From: Escherichia phage mEp013
Reading direction: 5' to 3' (one strand)
Sequence record: PP180002
DNA: 52,961 nucleotides
The position numbers and the translations under genes are program-made. The notes beneath the pieces were generated by a model. It saw nothing but the letters and a program-made list of their open reading frames with translations, did no database searches and was not told the DNA's origin. Each line of letters starts with the position of its first letter. Positions within the stretch are counted from its first letter, which is position 1. Below, piece after piece: positions 35,793-44,094 of the stretch.

Positions 35793-35820
35793 AAAGGGGC
35801 TATTTAGCCCCTTCCTTTTA
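35793..35820 (+). terminator. rho-independent terminator/attenuator after major tail gene
   Basis: AAAGGGGC-TATTTA-GCCCCTT then CCTTTTAG. Confidence 0.6.
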
Positions 35821-35831
35821 GGGTGAATACT

Positions 35832-36512
35832 ATGATCCATGTTCGTACCGGACAATTTGCGGCTGTGGTGAACGGTAAGCGCTATAAATTTAACCCGTGT
35901 TTCGCTGCGATGGCTAAAATCGGTAATGACAGGGAGCTTGTGGAATGTTTCGCAACCATCCACGGTAGCAAATACCCTTCACGATTACCTACAGATCCAG
36001 ACCTCCGCAATCGCATTATGGCGCGGTGTTATGGTGAGATAGTGCAAACGTCTATACACATCCTGAAATGTTGCTCAGACGACGAAACAGGCCCGTTATT
36101 AGGCGAATGCTGGTTCACTCCTTCGGGTAAATTGAGATTAAAACCGGGAATAATGCCAGTTGATGATGTTATTACGCTGGCGCAACACTGCATGTACCAC
36201 GGTTTAATTGGTGACAGCCCTGAAGAGGTCGCAAGCGATAGACGGGAAGGTGAATACAAACCAACGTTCGACATACTGGAGTTTGTTTATTCTGCCGTTG
36301 CTCACCTGGGGTTATCAGAATCAGAAGCGTGGAATATGACAATGACCGGATATAGGGCCGCTGTGCGTGCTAAAACGCCACCAGAAGCAAGAAGCAAACA
36401 AAAACGACCAAATGTATTGCTTGATAAAAAGGCTTATGACGATGGAATGAGGGAGGCTATGGAGGTGCTGGAAAGACTAAAAAAATCCAAAGAACAAAAA
36501 GCCCGGAATTAG
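35832..36512 (+). CDS. tail assembly chaperone (G/GT-like)
   Basis: Position immediately upstream of tape measure region; RBS AGGG. Confidence 0.55.
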   Translation: MIHVRTGQFAAVVNGKRYKFNPCFAAMAKIGNDRELVECFATIHGSKYPSRLPTDPDLRNRIMARCYGEIVQTSIHILKCCSDDETGPLLGECWFTPSGKLRLKPGIMPVDDVITLAQHCMYHGLIGDSPEEVASDRREGEYKPTFDILEFVYSAVAHLGLSESEAWNMTMTGYRAAVRAKTPPEARSKQKRPNVLLDKKAYDDGMREAMEVLERLKKSKEQKARN

Positions 36513-36526
36513 CCGGGCCTTTCTTT
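36496..36526. terminator. bidirectional terminator between convergent genes
   Basis: GCCCGG-AATTA-GCCGGGC flanked by A-run and T-run. Confidence 0.6.
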
Positions 36527-36899
36527 AATTGAAATCTTTGACGGCAGCGCCTGGTGAGCTGTGATTAATTGTGCCATATACAGTCTTCGCCTTGCTGCGA
36601 TCTTTCCATTCTTTCAGAATACAATTATCAAACTTCGCTATAACCCTTGAAGGGGATAACTCTTCAACATCCATGTATGTAAAACCTACCGTACTTGTTA
36701 CCGACCACCATACGTGATAGCTGTACTTGCCGTCATACTCAATCCTTTGAGGCTCACCCATGATTTTAGTAACCTGCTCGCAAGTCATTCCAGCCTGCAA
36801 CTTGTTATCAGCCAACCTAACAAAATCAGTTGATCTTGCACACCCAGCGATCGACAGAGCAATAACACCAATCAGCGCGGCTTTTAATACGTTTTTCAT
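36525..36899 (-). CDS. lipoprotein with BamE/SmpA-OmlA-like domain (moron)
   Basis: Signal peptide with lipobox LSIAGC; LQAGMTCEQVTKIMGEPQ BamE-like motif; ATG at 36899 inside ORF 36525..37097. Confidence 0.6.
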   Translation of the reverse strand: MKNVLKAALIGVIALSIAGCARSTDFVRLADNKLQAGMTCEQVTKIMGEPQRIEYDGKYSYHVWWSVTSTVGFTYMDVEELSPSRVIAKFDNCILKEWKDRSKAKTVYGTINHSSPGAAVKDFN

Positions 36900-36910
36900 A
36901 ATTAGCACAT

Positions 36911-37090
36911 TTAAGCCATAAACCAGCGGATTAAAGCATCCAGCGCACCCCAGCCAGGGATGAACGCCTTTTGACCTGCGATCTGCATCATGAGCATTGC
37001 ATTTGGAGCTTGCCAGTAAAGCACGGTCATGTGCACACAGATTGCAAGAGCAATGGCAACCACCAGGATTTTGTTGATTAAACTTTTCAT
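36911..37090 (-). CDS. small membrane protein (59 aa, moron)
   Basis: Hand-translated MKSLINKILVVAIALAICVHMTVLYWQ...; RBS GAGGTG; 11 nt upstream of lipoprotein gene. Confidence 0.45.
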   Translation of the reverse strand: MKSLINKILVVAIALAICVHMTVLYWQAPNAMLMMQIAGQKAFIPGWGALDALIRWFMA

Positions 37091-37216
37091 AATTCACCTC
37101 GTTTTTGTTTGATTTCTTAACTGTTCCCTATGGCTTCTTTATACAAAATGGAGTCGCTGAAGTAAAGCCATTTTGTATAAAATAGAGACACAGATCACAA
37201 AACCGGAGTAGCAATC

Positions 37217-39424
37217 ATGACCACAAATGTAGGCACGATCGAATATACCGTTGATGCAAAAACCGAACGGTTGCTCGTAGCTCAACGCAAGGCGGAAGAC
37301 TCGTTTGATAAAATCGAGCAGGGCGCTAAACGTACCGATAAATCAGTTCGGTCACTTAACACCACGATAAGTAATTTATCCAAAGCTGTGAACATTGGAA
37401 TGATGGTCATGGCTGCAAAAAAATTCCTGGAGATCGCAGATAACGTGAATCTGCTACGCGCCAGGGTGACGCGACTATCGAGTGGCATTGCTGACGCAAA
37501 ATCGAATTTTGACGGGATTATTCAGATATCGAATCGCACAGGGATGAGTGTTCAAAGCACCGGGAAGCTGTGGGAAAGCCTAAAGGCCAGCCTACAGGAT
37601 ACCAGTGCGACAAGTCAGCAGGTATTGCAACTTACCGACTCGCTTCAGAAAATAGGCCGTATCGGAGGTAGCTCCTCAGATGAAATGTCAAACGCACTTC
37701 GCCAGTTAGGACAATCCCTGACGGGTGGCATTGTTCGCGCGGAAGAATACAACTCTGTGCTTGAAAACATGCCCGAAGTATGGCGACGCGTCGCTAAACA
37801 AATGGGGATCTCGATGGGTGAACTTCGCGCAAGAATGCTTGATGGTAAGCTCACCGCCGAGGATGTTACCAACTCAATTCTTGCTGGCGCAGAAGATATA
37901 GAGAAGGACTTCGCACAGCTGCCAACAACAACAGATCAGGCATTTAACGAGCTAAAAAACAACTTCGATCTGTTAATTGACACGCTAAACCAAACGCTTG
38001 GAGTGTCTGATTTGGTAGTTGCTGGTATACAGGCTGTTTCTAGTGAAGTTCAGATATTATCAGGTTGGTTTAAGTCCCTGGCGAGCGATAGCACGTCATT
38101 AACTGATAAATTGTGGCTATTGGCTGGGGCGTTCGAGGGTATAGTACCTGGGCTTAGTTTGTTCCGCTCTCAAGCGAAACAGGTTGGATGGTTTGGCGAT
38201 GGAGATCAGGAGTTTGTTTCTACGCTTCCCACGGGGCAAGCTGGTGTAAGTCGCATAACATTTAAGCCTCAACCTGGTGGTAGAGGTAAGAACGGAAAAG
38301 GTAAAAAATCCGGCAAGTCAGAAGCCGAACGCCTTGCGGAACAGGGTGTACGCGTTTCAGATACATATAACGAAGATTCAGCAGCAATGCGTAAAGCGCT
38401 TGAGTCACAAAAAGCTCTGGATGCTGCATTTAAAGCCGGGAAAATAACCATGCTTGAATACAAAGGCGCAATGAAGGGAATTGGTGATGAATTGCGCGAA
38501 ACTCTAGCAGAAATTAACGACCCGATCAATAGTCTGCAAGAAAAATGGGACAAAATGATTCCATCACTGGATCAGAAACGCGGCGAGCTGGACCCAATAC
38601 AGCAGGCGCAAAATGAATGGACCATACGCAAGCAAATGCTGGAAGATCTTGGCGCTACCGAGCAATACATGAAGGAGCAAGAAAGAGCGCACGCACAAGA
38701 AATGCTATCCCTTGAATGGGAGCGATATAAAGCACAGTCAATGAGCTACAAACTATTGGGTGATACCGTTGATGCAATGGGAGGATCTGCAACAAATGCG
38801 CTTGTGGGCCTGGTTAACGGCACTCAAAGTTGGCAGCAGGCGCTGGCTAACATTGGCAATACAATCCTTTCCTCCGTTATCGGTACACTTGTTCAAATGG
38901 GTGCTGAATGGGTTAAACAGCAATTGATCGGTGAGGCCGCCAGCGCTGCGGCAACAGCTAAAGCACTAGCCGAGGCTACTGCATTAGGATCTGCGTGGGC
39001 CACTCCTGCATACCTGGCAAACGTTGCCACGATGGGCGGAGCGGCGACCGTGGGGGGCACGAGTCTTGCCACTGGTGTGGCTGGGGCTAAGGCGCTTGGG
39101 CTTGCTGGCGCTCGTTATAACGGCGGTGCGGTTAATGGTGGCAATCTTTATAGGGTCGGGGAAGGTGGAAAAATGGAGCTGTTCACCACTACTGACGGGA
39201 AACAGTACATGATCCCCGGAGAAAACGGGCGTATCACTCCTAATCGCGACCTTGTCAGCGGTGGTGGCGTCACAATCAATAGTCCGATCACCATTAACAC
39301 TACGAATGGCTTCAGTGAGGAAGACTCAAGACGTCTGGAAGACACCATGAAGCGCGTTGCTATGGGAGTAGTTAGAGAGCAAAGTTCAAGGCCCGGAGGA
39401 CTTATCCAACCGCGAAGAAAATAA
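37217..39424 (+). CDS. H: tail tape measure protein
   Basis: 735 aa, Gly/Ala-rich C-terminal region, position before M/L/K/I/J. Confidence 0.85.
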   Translation: MTTNVGTIEYTVDAKTERLLVAQRKAEDSFDKIEQGAKRTDKSVRSLNTTISNLSKAVNIGMMVMAAKKFLEIADNVNLLRARVTRLSSGIADAKSNFDGIIQISNRTGMSVQSTGKLWESLKASLQDTSATSQQVLQLTDSLQKIGRIGGSSSDEMSNALRQLGQSLTGGIVRAEEYNSVLENMPEVWRRVAKQMGISMGELRARMLDGKLTAEDVTNSILAGAEDIEKDFAQLPTTTDQAFNELKNNFDLLIDTLNQTLGVSDLVVAGIQAVSSEVQILSGWFKSLASDSTSLTDKLWLLAGAFEGIVPGLSLFRSQAKQVGWFGDGDQEFVSTLPTGQAGVSRITFKPQPGGRGKNGKGKKSGKSEAERLAEQGVRVSDTYNEDSAAMRKALESQKALDAAFKAGKITMLEYKGAMKGIGDELRETLAEINDPINSLQEKWDKMIPSLDQKRGELDPIQQAQNEWTIRKQMLEDLGATEQYMKEQERAHAQEMLSLEWERYKAQSMSYKLLGDTVDAMGGSATNALVGLVNGTQSWQQALANIGNTILSSVIGTLVQMGAEWVKQQLIGEAASAAATAKALAEATALGSAWATPAYLANVATMGGAATVGGTSLATGVAGAKALGLAGARYNGGAVNGGNLYRVGEGGKMELFTTTDGKQYMIPGENGRITPNRDLVSGGGVTINSPITINTTNGFSEEDSRRLEDTMKRVAMGVVREQSSRPGGLIQPRRK

Positions 39425-39478
39425 TTTATTAATTTGATCTTACGCCCGCAAGATAATGATGTATCCTGCGGGCTTTGC

Positions 39479-40789
39479 TTACGCTGCTTTTATAATTTCT
39501 TCATACTTATCTTCCACCATGCTAAAAACTTCTGGTCTATAGTAGAAAAATTCGCAACTACCATCAAATTTTACGGGGAAGTTAATTTTGTAATTACTAA
39601 GTTTTTTGTGTATCGCGCCCTCTAGTTCAAAGATATTTTGTGTCGGACCTTCTAATGTTTTTACGATATGTAAATCAGGAATTGTCACACCAGCCTTATG
39701 TGCACTGCTTAGTATTCTATTCCTTCGTTCGTTTTCCTTAACACTTACCCCTACTTTCATTAGCGTTGGCACTTCCATATCGTCAACCATGATATAAAGT
39801 TTGCCGCGTTCGTAGGATAAAAAACCTTTTTTCGCACATTTTAAACATCCGCTACCTCCTTTAAGTTTTTGCGGCGTGGTTCTCCACTTATAGCCACACA
39901 CTTTACATAGACACGATACTTTGGTTTTGTTTCCTGTTATCTTACCAACAACTTTGATATTAGGGTTGATGTTGGCAATGGCTTTTATTTGTTCTTCATG
40001 CGATATTCTTCGCGCTTGTGCTCTTTTTGATGCCGCGCACTTCGGGCAACCAGTGCCTTTTTTAAGGCTGGCTGGAGTAGTTAACCATTCATGACCGCAA
40101 TACTTACAGCTGCATAACGTCCTTGTAGTATTGCTAATAATTTTCCCTAACACCTCAACGCCAGGGCTAGTTTTCGCAATAGCTGTAACCTGTTCTTTGT
40201 GTGATAATTTCATCTTCCCTGAACATTTCGGGCAGCCAGTACCATGCTTGAGATTATTTGGAGTGGCTGACCATTCATAATTGCAAATCTTACATTTGCA
40301 TAATACGTTTTTTAAACTTGAAGTAATTTTTCCCAAGATTTCAATATTGCTGTTAACCTTCGCAATGGATGCAACTTGTTCTTCATGCGTTAATCTTCTA
40401 TCTGTACATTTCGGGCAACCTTGCCCGATTTTAAGTGTTTCAGGTCTAGCCATCCATTCGTGATTACAAACCTTGCAATGGCATAATACTTTTGTTTTAT
40501 TATTAATAATTTTCCCTAATACCTTAACATCAGGATTAACTTTAGCAATAATTGCAATCTGTTCTTCATGTGGTAATGCTCGTTTTTGCGCTCTTTTTGA
40601 TGCCGCGCACTTCGGGCAACCAATACCACGCTTAAGATCAGCAGGTCTACCAAACCATTCGTGATTACAAGTTTTGCAGCAGCATGATACTTTTTCCATA
40701 TTCCCGGTAATTACCCCTATCACCTCGATGTTGGGGTTAACTTTTGCAATGGCGGCAACTTGTTCTTCGTGTGTTAATTTTTTTGTCAT
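39479..40789 (-). CDS. five tandem zinc-ribbon repeats plus GIY-YIG-like (T5orf172/MUG113-type) C-terminal domain
   Basis: Five ~62-aa repeats (L.HEEQ.A.IAKVNP...C.C..C.HEW...GCPKC) then GKLYIMVDD..KVGVS..ERRN..EFFYY domain; paralog of 6446..6982. Confidence 0.7.
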   Translation of the reverse strand: MTKKLTHEEQVAAIAKVNPNIEVIGVITGNMEKVSCCCKTCNHEWFGRPADLKRGIGCPKCAASKRAQKRALPHEEQIAIIAKVNPDVKVLGKIINNKTKVLCHCKVCNHEWMARPETLKIGQGCPKCTDRRLTHEEQVASIAKVNSNIEILGKITSSLKNVLCKCKICNYEWSATPNNLKHGTGCPKCSGKMKLSHKEQVTAIAKTSPGVEVLGKIISNTTRTLCSCKYCGHEWLTTPASLKKGTGCPKCAASKRAQARRISHEEQIKAIANINPNIKVVGKITGNKTKVSCLCKVCGYKWRTTPQKLKGGSGCLKCAKKGFLSYERGKLYIMVDDMEVPTLMKVGVSVKENERRNRILSSAHKAGVTIPDLHIVKTLEGPTQNIFELEGAIHKKLSNYKINFPVKFDGSCEFFYYRPEVFSMVEDKYEEIIKAA

Positions 40790-40866
40790 AATACCGCTCC
40801 TACATTATTCCGTTTCATGAATAATCATTACTAACCACAATTGTGTTATTAATTACATGAATAAAT

Positions 40867-41037
40867 TTACTCAAATCTTGTATATCCTCTTTCAATTTTC
40901 CCTCCGTGTACACTTCTTGCAAACACCGCGTCAGTATACCTGAAAAATGGACATGTATATGTATCCACTTTGCTATCCATATATTTTAGCACCCATGCCA
41001 TGCGTTTTACATTGCTTTTATTTGCCTGGCTTTTCAT
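40867..41037 (-). CDS. hypothetical protein (56 aa)
   Basis: Hand-translated MKSQANKSNVKRMAWVLKYMD...; RBS GGAGGAAAA. Confidence 0.4.
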   Translation of the reverse strand: MKSQANKSNVKRMAWVLKYMDSKVDTYTCPFFRYTDAVFARSVHGGKIERGYTRFE

Positions 41038-41055
41038 TTTATTTTCCTCCGCAAA

Positions 41056-41148
41056 TCACAACCTGCCGTTTCTTGCTATGTAGCTGCGAGCAAACATCAC
41101 CTGCCAGATGTTCCAGATCTCCCTCCAGGTGAATTTATCGTCATCCAT
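41056..41148 (-). CDS. hypothetical small protein (30 aa)
   Basis: Hand-translated MDDDKFTWREIWNIWQVMFARSYIARNGRL; RBS GAGGTG. Confidence 0.3.
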   Translation of the reverse strand: MDDDKFTWREIWNIWQVMFARSYIARNGRL

Positions 41149-41156
41149 ATTTCACC

Positions 41157-41411
41157 TCATTTATGTGCCCCTTTTACGCCACAGTGTCGGTTGTATTCCA
41201 GATGGTCAATAATTAACCACATCTTTAAATCTTCGCTGAATAACCGCCAATCTGGGTTGATGTCAAATTTATAACCGTAGCCATCGCGTAATTTTTTGGG
41301 GTTGGCCTCTTTTTTCAGGAAAGCGTTTAATAAGGCTTTGCCCTTTTTGATGATCCGGTCCTGTGCGTTTTTCTGTGCTTTCAGGTTTTTACCAATCGCC
41401 ACCAATTTCAT
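41157..41411 (-). CDS. hypothetical basic protein (84 aa)
   Basis: ATG at 41411 with RBS GGGGTGG inside ORF 41157..41429. Confidence 0.5.
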   Translation of the reverse strand: MKLVAIGKNLKAQKNAQDRIIKKGKALLNAFLKKEANPKKLRDGYGYKFDINPDWRLFSEDLKMWLIIDHLEYNRHCGVKGAHK

Positions 41412-41429
41412 AATCCACCCCGCAATCAA

Positions 41430-41585
41430 TTAGTTGACCACTTTCAGGAAGAAATCACGGTATTCGTCTTCTTTTGCGTTCATCATGAACTGACCGTATT
41501 TGAATGCGTCATCAAAGCCTTTGACTATCGCCACCTCAACCTGCTCGAATGCTTTGTTTAGCATTACCACTACATAGCGTTTCAT
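41430..41585 (-). CDS. hypothetical protein (51 aa)
   Basis: ATG at 41585 with RBS GTGGGG inside ORF 41430..41636. Confidence 0.4.
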   Translation of the reverse strand: MKRYVVVMLNKAFEQVEVAIVKGFDDAFKYGQFMMNAKEDEYRDFFLKVVN

Positions 41586-41754
41586 ATTGTCCCCACTTTG
41601 TTGGTACTGTTTTCTCTTCTTGCTTTCTGTATACATCTTGTTACGTCCTGCGTGAAGCCATTTCGTAAACTGGGTATAATTCTTGTGACGAAGTTCTCAT
41701 TTTCGCGTAGAAGCGCGTAAAGATGTATGCAATATGTAACTTATAGGGGGAATC

Positions 41755-42108
41755 ATGCCGGAAGTTTTCAGATGGACGCCGCAAAGAAGCTACAGCGTGA
41801 CCAGGGAACCAAATGTGTCGGTCGTTAAACTTGGTGATGGTTATGAACAGCGCCAGGCGAAAGGGATTAACACGTTGCTTGATAGCTACACCCTGGTTTT
41901 TAAAGGCAGTAGCGCAGGATGCGGTGATAGTGGGAACGTGGCGATCCAGGCAGAAGCATTCTTGAGGGCGCGCGGCGCTGTCGAGGCTTTTTACTGGTCG
42001 CCGTCTATGGATGGAGTGCAAAGGCTTTTTGTTTGCCGTAGCTGGAGTATGACAAAGGACGGGCCTGTATACACGCTAAACGCAACATTTGAGCAAGTTG
42101 TCAGCTAG
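41755..42108 (+). CDS. M: minor tail protein, lambda gpM-like
   Basis: 117 aa; matches lambda M pattern as recalled (FRWTP, KLGDGY.QR, F..A.GA...FYW.P, FEQVV). Confidence 0.8.
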   Translation: MPEVFRWTPQRSYSVTREPNVSVVKLGDGYEQRQAKGINTLLDSYTLVFKGSSAGCGDSGNVAIQAEAFLRARGAVEAFYWSPSMDGVQRLFVCRSWSMTKDGPVYTLNATFEQVVS

Positions 42109-42119
42109 TGGGGGTTAAT

Positions 42120-42305
42120 ATGTACGGGACTTGTGTAGTGGACAAAACTGACGCTTTTACATTGTTTGACGACTACGAGATCAACGACCTTACTGTAAAG
42201 GCTGACAATGGCGATACCTGGTATCTTCATGATGTTGGTGACGGGTATGTGGGATGCAGATCCAGGGAAGGCAAGGAGGTTTTATTTTTGGTTGATGGCG
42301 TATAA
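42120..42305 (+). CDS. hypothetical protein (61 aa)
   Basis: ATG at 42120 with RBS GTGGGGG. Confidence 0.4.
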   Translation: MYGTCVVDKTDAFTLFDDYEINDLTVKADNGDTWYLHDVGDGYVGCRSREGKEVLFLVDGV

Positions 42306-42308
42306 TAA

Positions 42309-42336
42309 CAACCCCGCTTCGCGCGTGGTTTTCTTT
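42309..42336 (+). terminator. terminator-like hairpin (imperfect copy of the J terminator)
   Basis: AACCCCGC-TTCG-CGCGTGGTT (one stem mismatch) plus TTTTCTTTT; part of 36-bp repeat shared with 49833-49868. Confidence 0.4.
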
Positions 42337-42380
42337 TAGTAGTTAATATGCATCAAACTCATTGGGTGAGCGTGCGCCAT

Positions 42381-42473
42381 ATTATTGGCTATCGCCGCCC
42401 AGTCCCAATCGGCAGCATGAACGCCAAATACTATCAGTCCCATTATTATTAGCGCCAAAACTTCTATTTTCAT
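42381..42473 (-). CDS. hypothetical small hydrophobic peptide (30 aa)
   Basis: Hand-translated MKIEVLALIIMGLIVFGVSCCRLGLGGDSQ; RBS AGGTGA. Confidence 0.3.
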
Positions 42474-42483
42474 AATCTGTCAC

Positions 42484-42732
42484 CTATAAGTTATCACGCA
42501 GGTAATTAACGCCCTTATCAGTGACGAATGAATGGTTGACCTGGTTTTCATCCGTCATGATGACGAATAACTTTTCCTGTAGGTATTTCGCTTTCGGGTA
42601 CAGTGTTAAACAGACCTGGTACAGTATCCCGCGCTCAATCAGCAAATCAATAAATTCGTGCTCATGATAACCGATGAGGCGGGCGGCCTGTTTCAACGTG
42701 TACACATAATCACCGTGATTGCGCCGCGCCAT
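42484..42732 (-). CDS. hypothetical protein (82 aa), possible HTH
   Basis: RBS AGGTGGGA. Confidence 0.5.
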   Translation of the reverse strand: MARRNHGDYVYTLKQAARLIGYHEHEFIDLLIERGILYQVCLTLYPKAKYLQEKLFVIMTDENQVNHSFVTDKGVNYLRDNL

Positions 42733-42741
42733 ACTCCCACC

Positions 42742-43092
42742 TTATTTATCGAAAGCAGATAGGTTGTCTATACAGAAATCTTTTGCAGCTTTTTCGTATT
42801 CGCGTTTTGCTTGCGGATCGTCTGCCGGGAAACCTTTTGCGTGTATTTCACCAGGGCAAGACTGATCCATAGAATCAGCAAATTCAACATTGACGTTAAA
42901 GTTAATATCTTTCGGGTTCATCTCTTCCACCTTATCAGGTACTTGGACCGGAGTAATAACAAAATCACGAGCGTTAGACCAACAGCGAAGTAATTCGCGA
43001 CCTTCATCACGCGCCGCAGTATATGTGTCAAATAGGCCCATGCATTCCCATTCACATTTACCAGTCCACACGTCTAGGCTGTATTTTTGCAT
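42742..43092 (-). CDS. hypothetical protein (116 aa)
   Basis: RBS GAGAGG. Confidence 0.5.
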   Translation of the reverse strand: MQKYSLDVWTGKCEWECMGLFDTYTAARDEGRELLRCWSNARDFVITPVQVPDKVEEMNPKDINFNVNVEFADSMDQSCPGEIHAKGFPADDPQAKREYEKAAKDFCIDNLSAFDK

Positions 43093-43104
43093 TTTGTTAA
43101 CCTC

Positions 43105-43260
43105 TCATTTGACAGGTTCTATCCTGTACCCCAAAACGCGTTCATCTTCAGCAAGTAAAAGCGCGTCATTCAGTGCCTCGCCTTCATCCTTATACAGAGC
43201 TACAGTCATTTCCCTGCCATCCGCAAGGAACACCGTTAACCTCCACACCTTATCAACCAT
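43105..43260 (-). CDS. hypothetical protein (51 aa)
   Basis: ATG at 43260 with strong RBS GGAGGTG inside ORF 43105..43335. Confidence 0.45.
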   Translation of the reverse strand: MVDKVWRLTVFLADGREMTVALYKDEGEALNDALLLAEDERVLGYRIEPVK

Positions 43261-43306
43261 CTCACACCTCCGCGCCATTTTGTTAACCATGCTTCCTTTT
43301 GAGTAC

Positions 43307-43335
43307 AATATACATATTGTAAAAAGCGCTATCAA
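43307..43335 (-). promoter_or_regulatory. sigma70-like promoter for the minus-strand cassette (TTGATA-17-TATATT)
   Basis: On minus strand: TTGATA, 17-nt spacer, TATATT, ~40 nt upstream of the cassette's first start. Confidence 0.55.
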
Positions 43336-43387
43336 CCGTTTTGGTATGATTTAGCGTGACGTCGATCACAAATTACAAGGTGATAAA

Positions 43388-44092
43388 ATGCGCAGCATAC
43401 CTACAGAAATGATTATTGATTCCGTGGATGCCGGAGTCGGCGCGGTAATTGACTTGTTTGAATTAGACCTCACGCCCCTTGGTGGCGAGGTTATCCGCTT
43501 CCATTCCGGCGCTAATGGCTATTACGGCCCGGTTATCTGGAAGGGAGTGGCTTACAACAGCTACCCAATCGAGGCAACTGGCTTCGAAATGAAAAACGAA
43601 GGCGTTTACTCACGCCCCCAAATGGTAGTAGCCAACATTGGCGGGCTAATCACCGGGATGAACAACGATTTCAATGACCTGCGAGGAATGAAGGTTACGC
43701 GCCGCCAGGTGGAAGTAAAATACCTGGATGCCATCAATTTCCCCAACGGCAACCCGGATGCAGATCCATCTATCGAGGCAGTATCTTTTTACGTCGTTGA
43801 GGCGATGAGCGAAGAAACAGCCGACCAGGTGCAATATGAACTGTCAACGCCAATTGATGCTGACAAGGCGGTTATCCCGGGGCGCACAATTCTCGCTGAC
43901 GTTTGCCAGTGGCAATATCGCGGCGACGGTTGCAGATACAGTGGCGGCCCCGTAGCTACTGACAAAGACGAGCCAACAAGTGATCCAAAGCTGGATAAAT
44001 GCAGCCACCGCCTGAGCGGTTGCCGTTTGCGTTTTCCGCGTCCTAATCCGTTACCAATTTCCTGTTTCCCAGGATCTAGTAAGGTAGGTTGA
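43388..44092 (+). CDS. L: minor tail protein, lambda gpL-like
   Basis: Matches lambda L as recalled (TGM..D...L.G..V.RR, YRGD.C.YSG, DKCS..LSGC..RF). Confidence 0.85.
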   Translation: MRSIPTEMIIDSVDAGVGAVIDLFELDLTPLGGEVIRFHSGANGYYGPVIWKGVAYNSYPIEATGFEMKNEGVYSRPQMVVANIGGLITGMNNDFNDLRGMKVTRRQVEVKYLDAINFPNGNPDADPSIEAVSFYVVEAMSEETADQVQYELSTPIDADKAVIPGRTILADVCQWQYRGDGCRYSGGPVATDKDEPTSDPKLDKCSHRLSGCRLRFPRPNPLPISCFPGSSKVG

Positions 44093-44094
44093 TT

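Noticed and set aside
40947-41132. Plus-strand 61-aa ORF inside the minus-strand moron cassette
   Set aside because: Overlaps two minus-strand ORFs that have SD sequences; no RBS of its own.
42336-42380. Apparent shared C-terminus (…NY*) between the post-M small ORF and the post-J lipoprotein
   Set aside because: Codon-by-codon re-translation showed the 42473 ORF stops at 42381 (30 aa); the TAGTAGTTA similarity belongs to the shared terminator-flank repeat, not to coding sequence.
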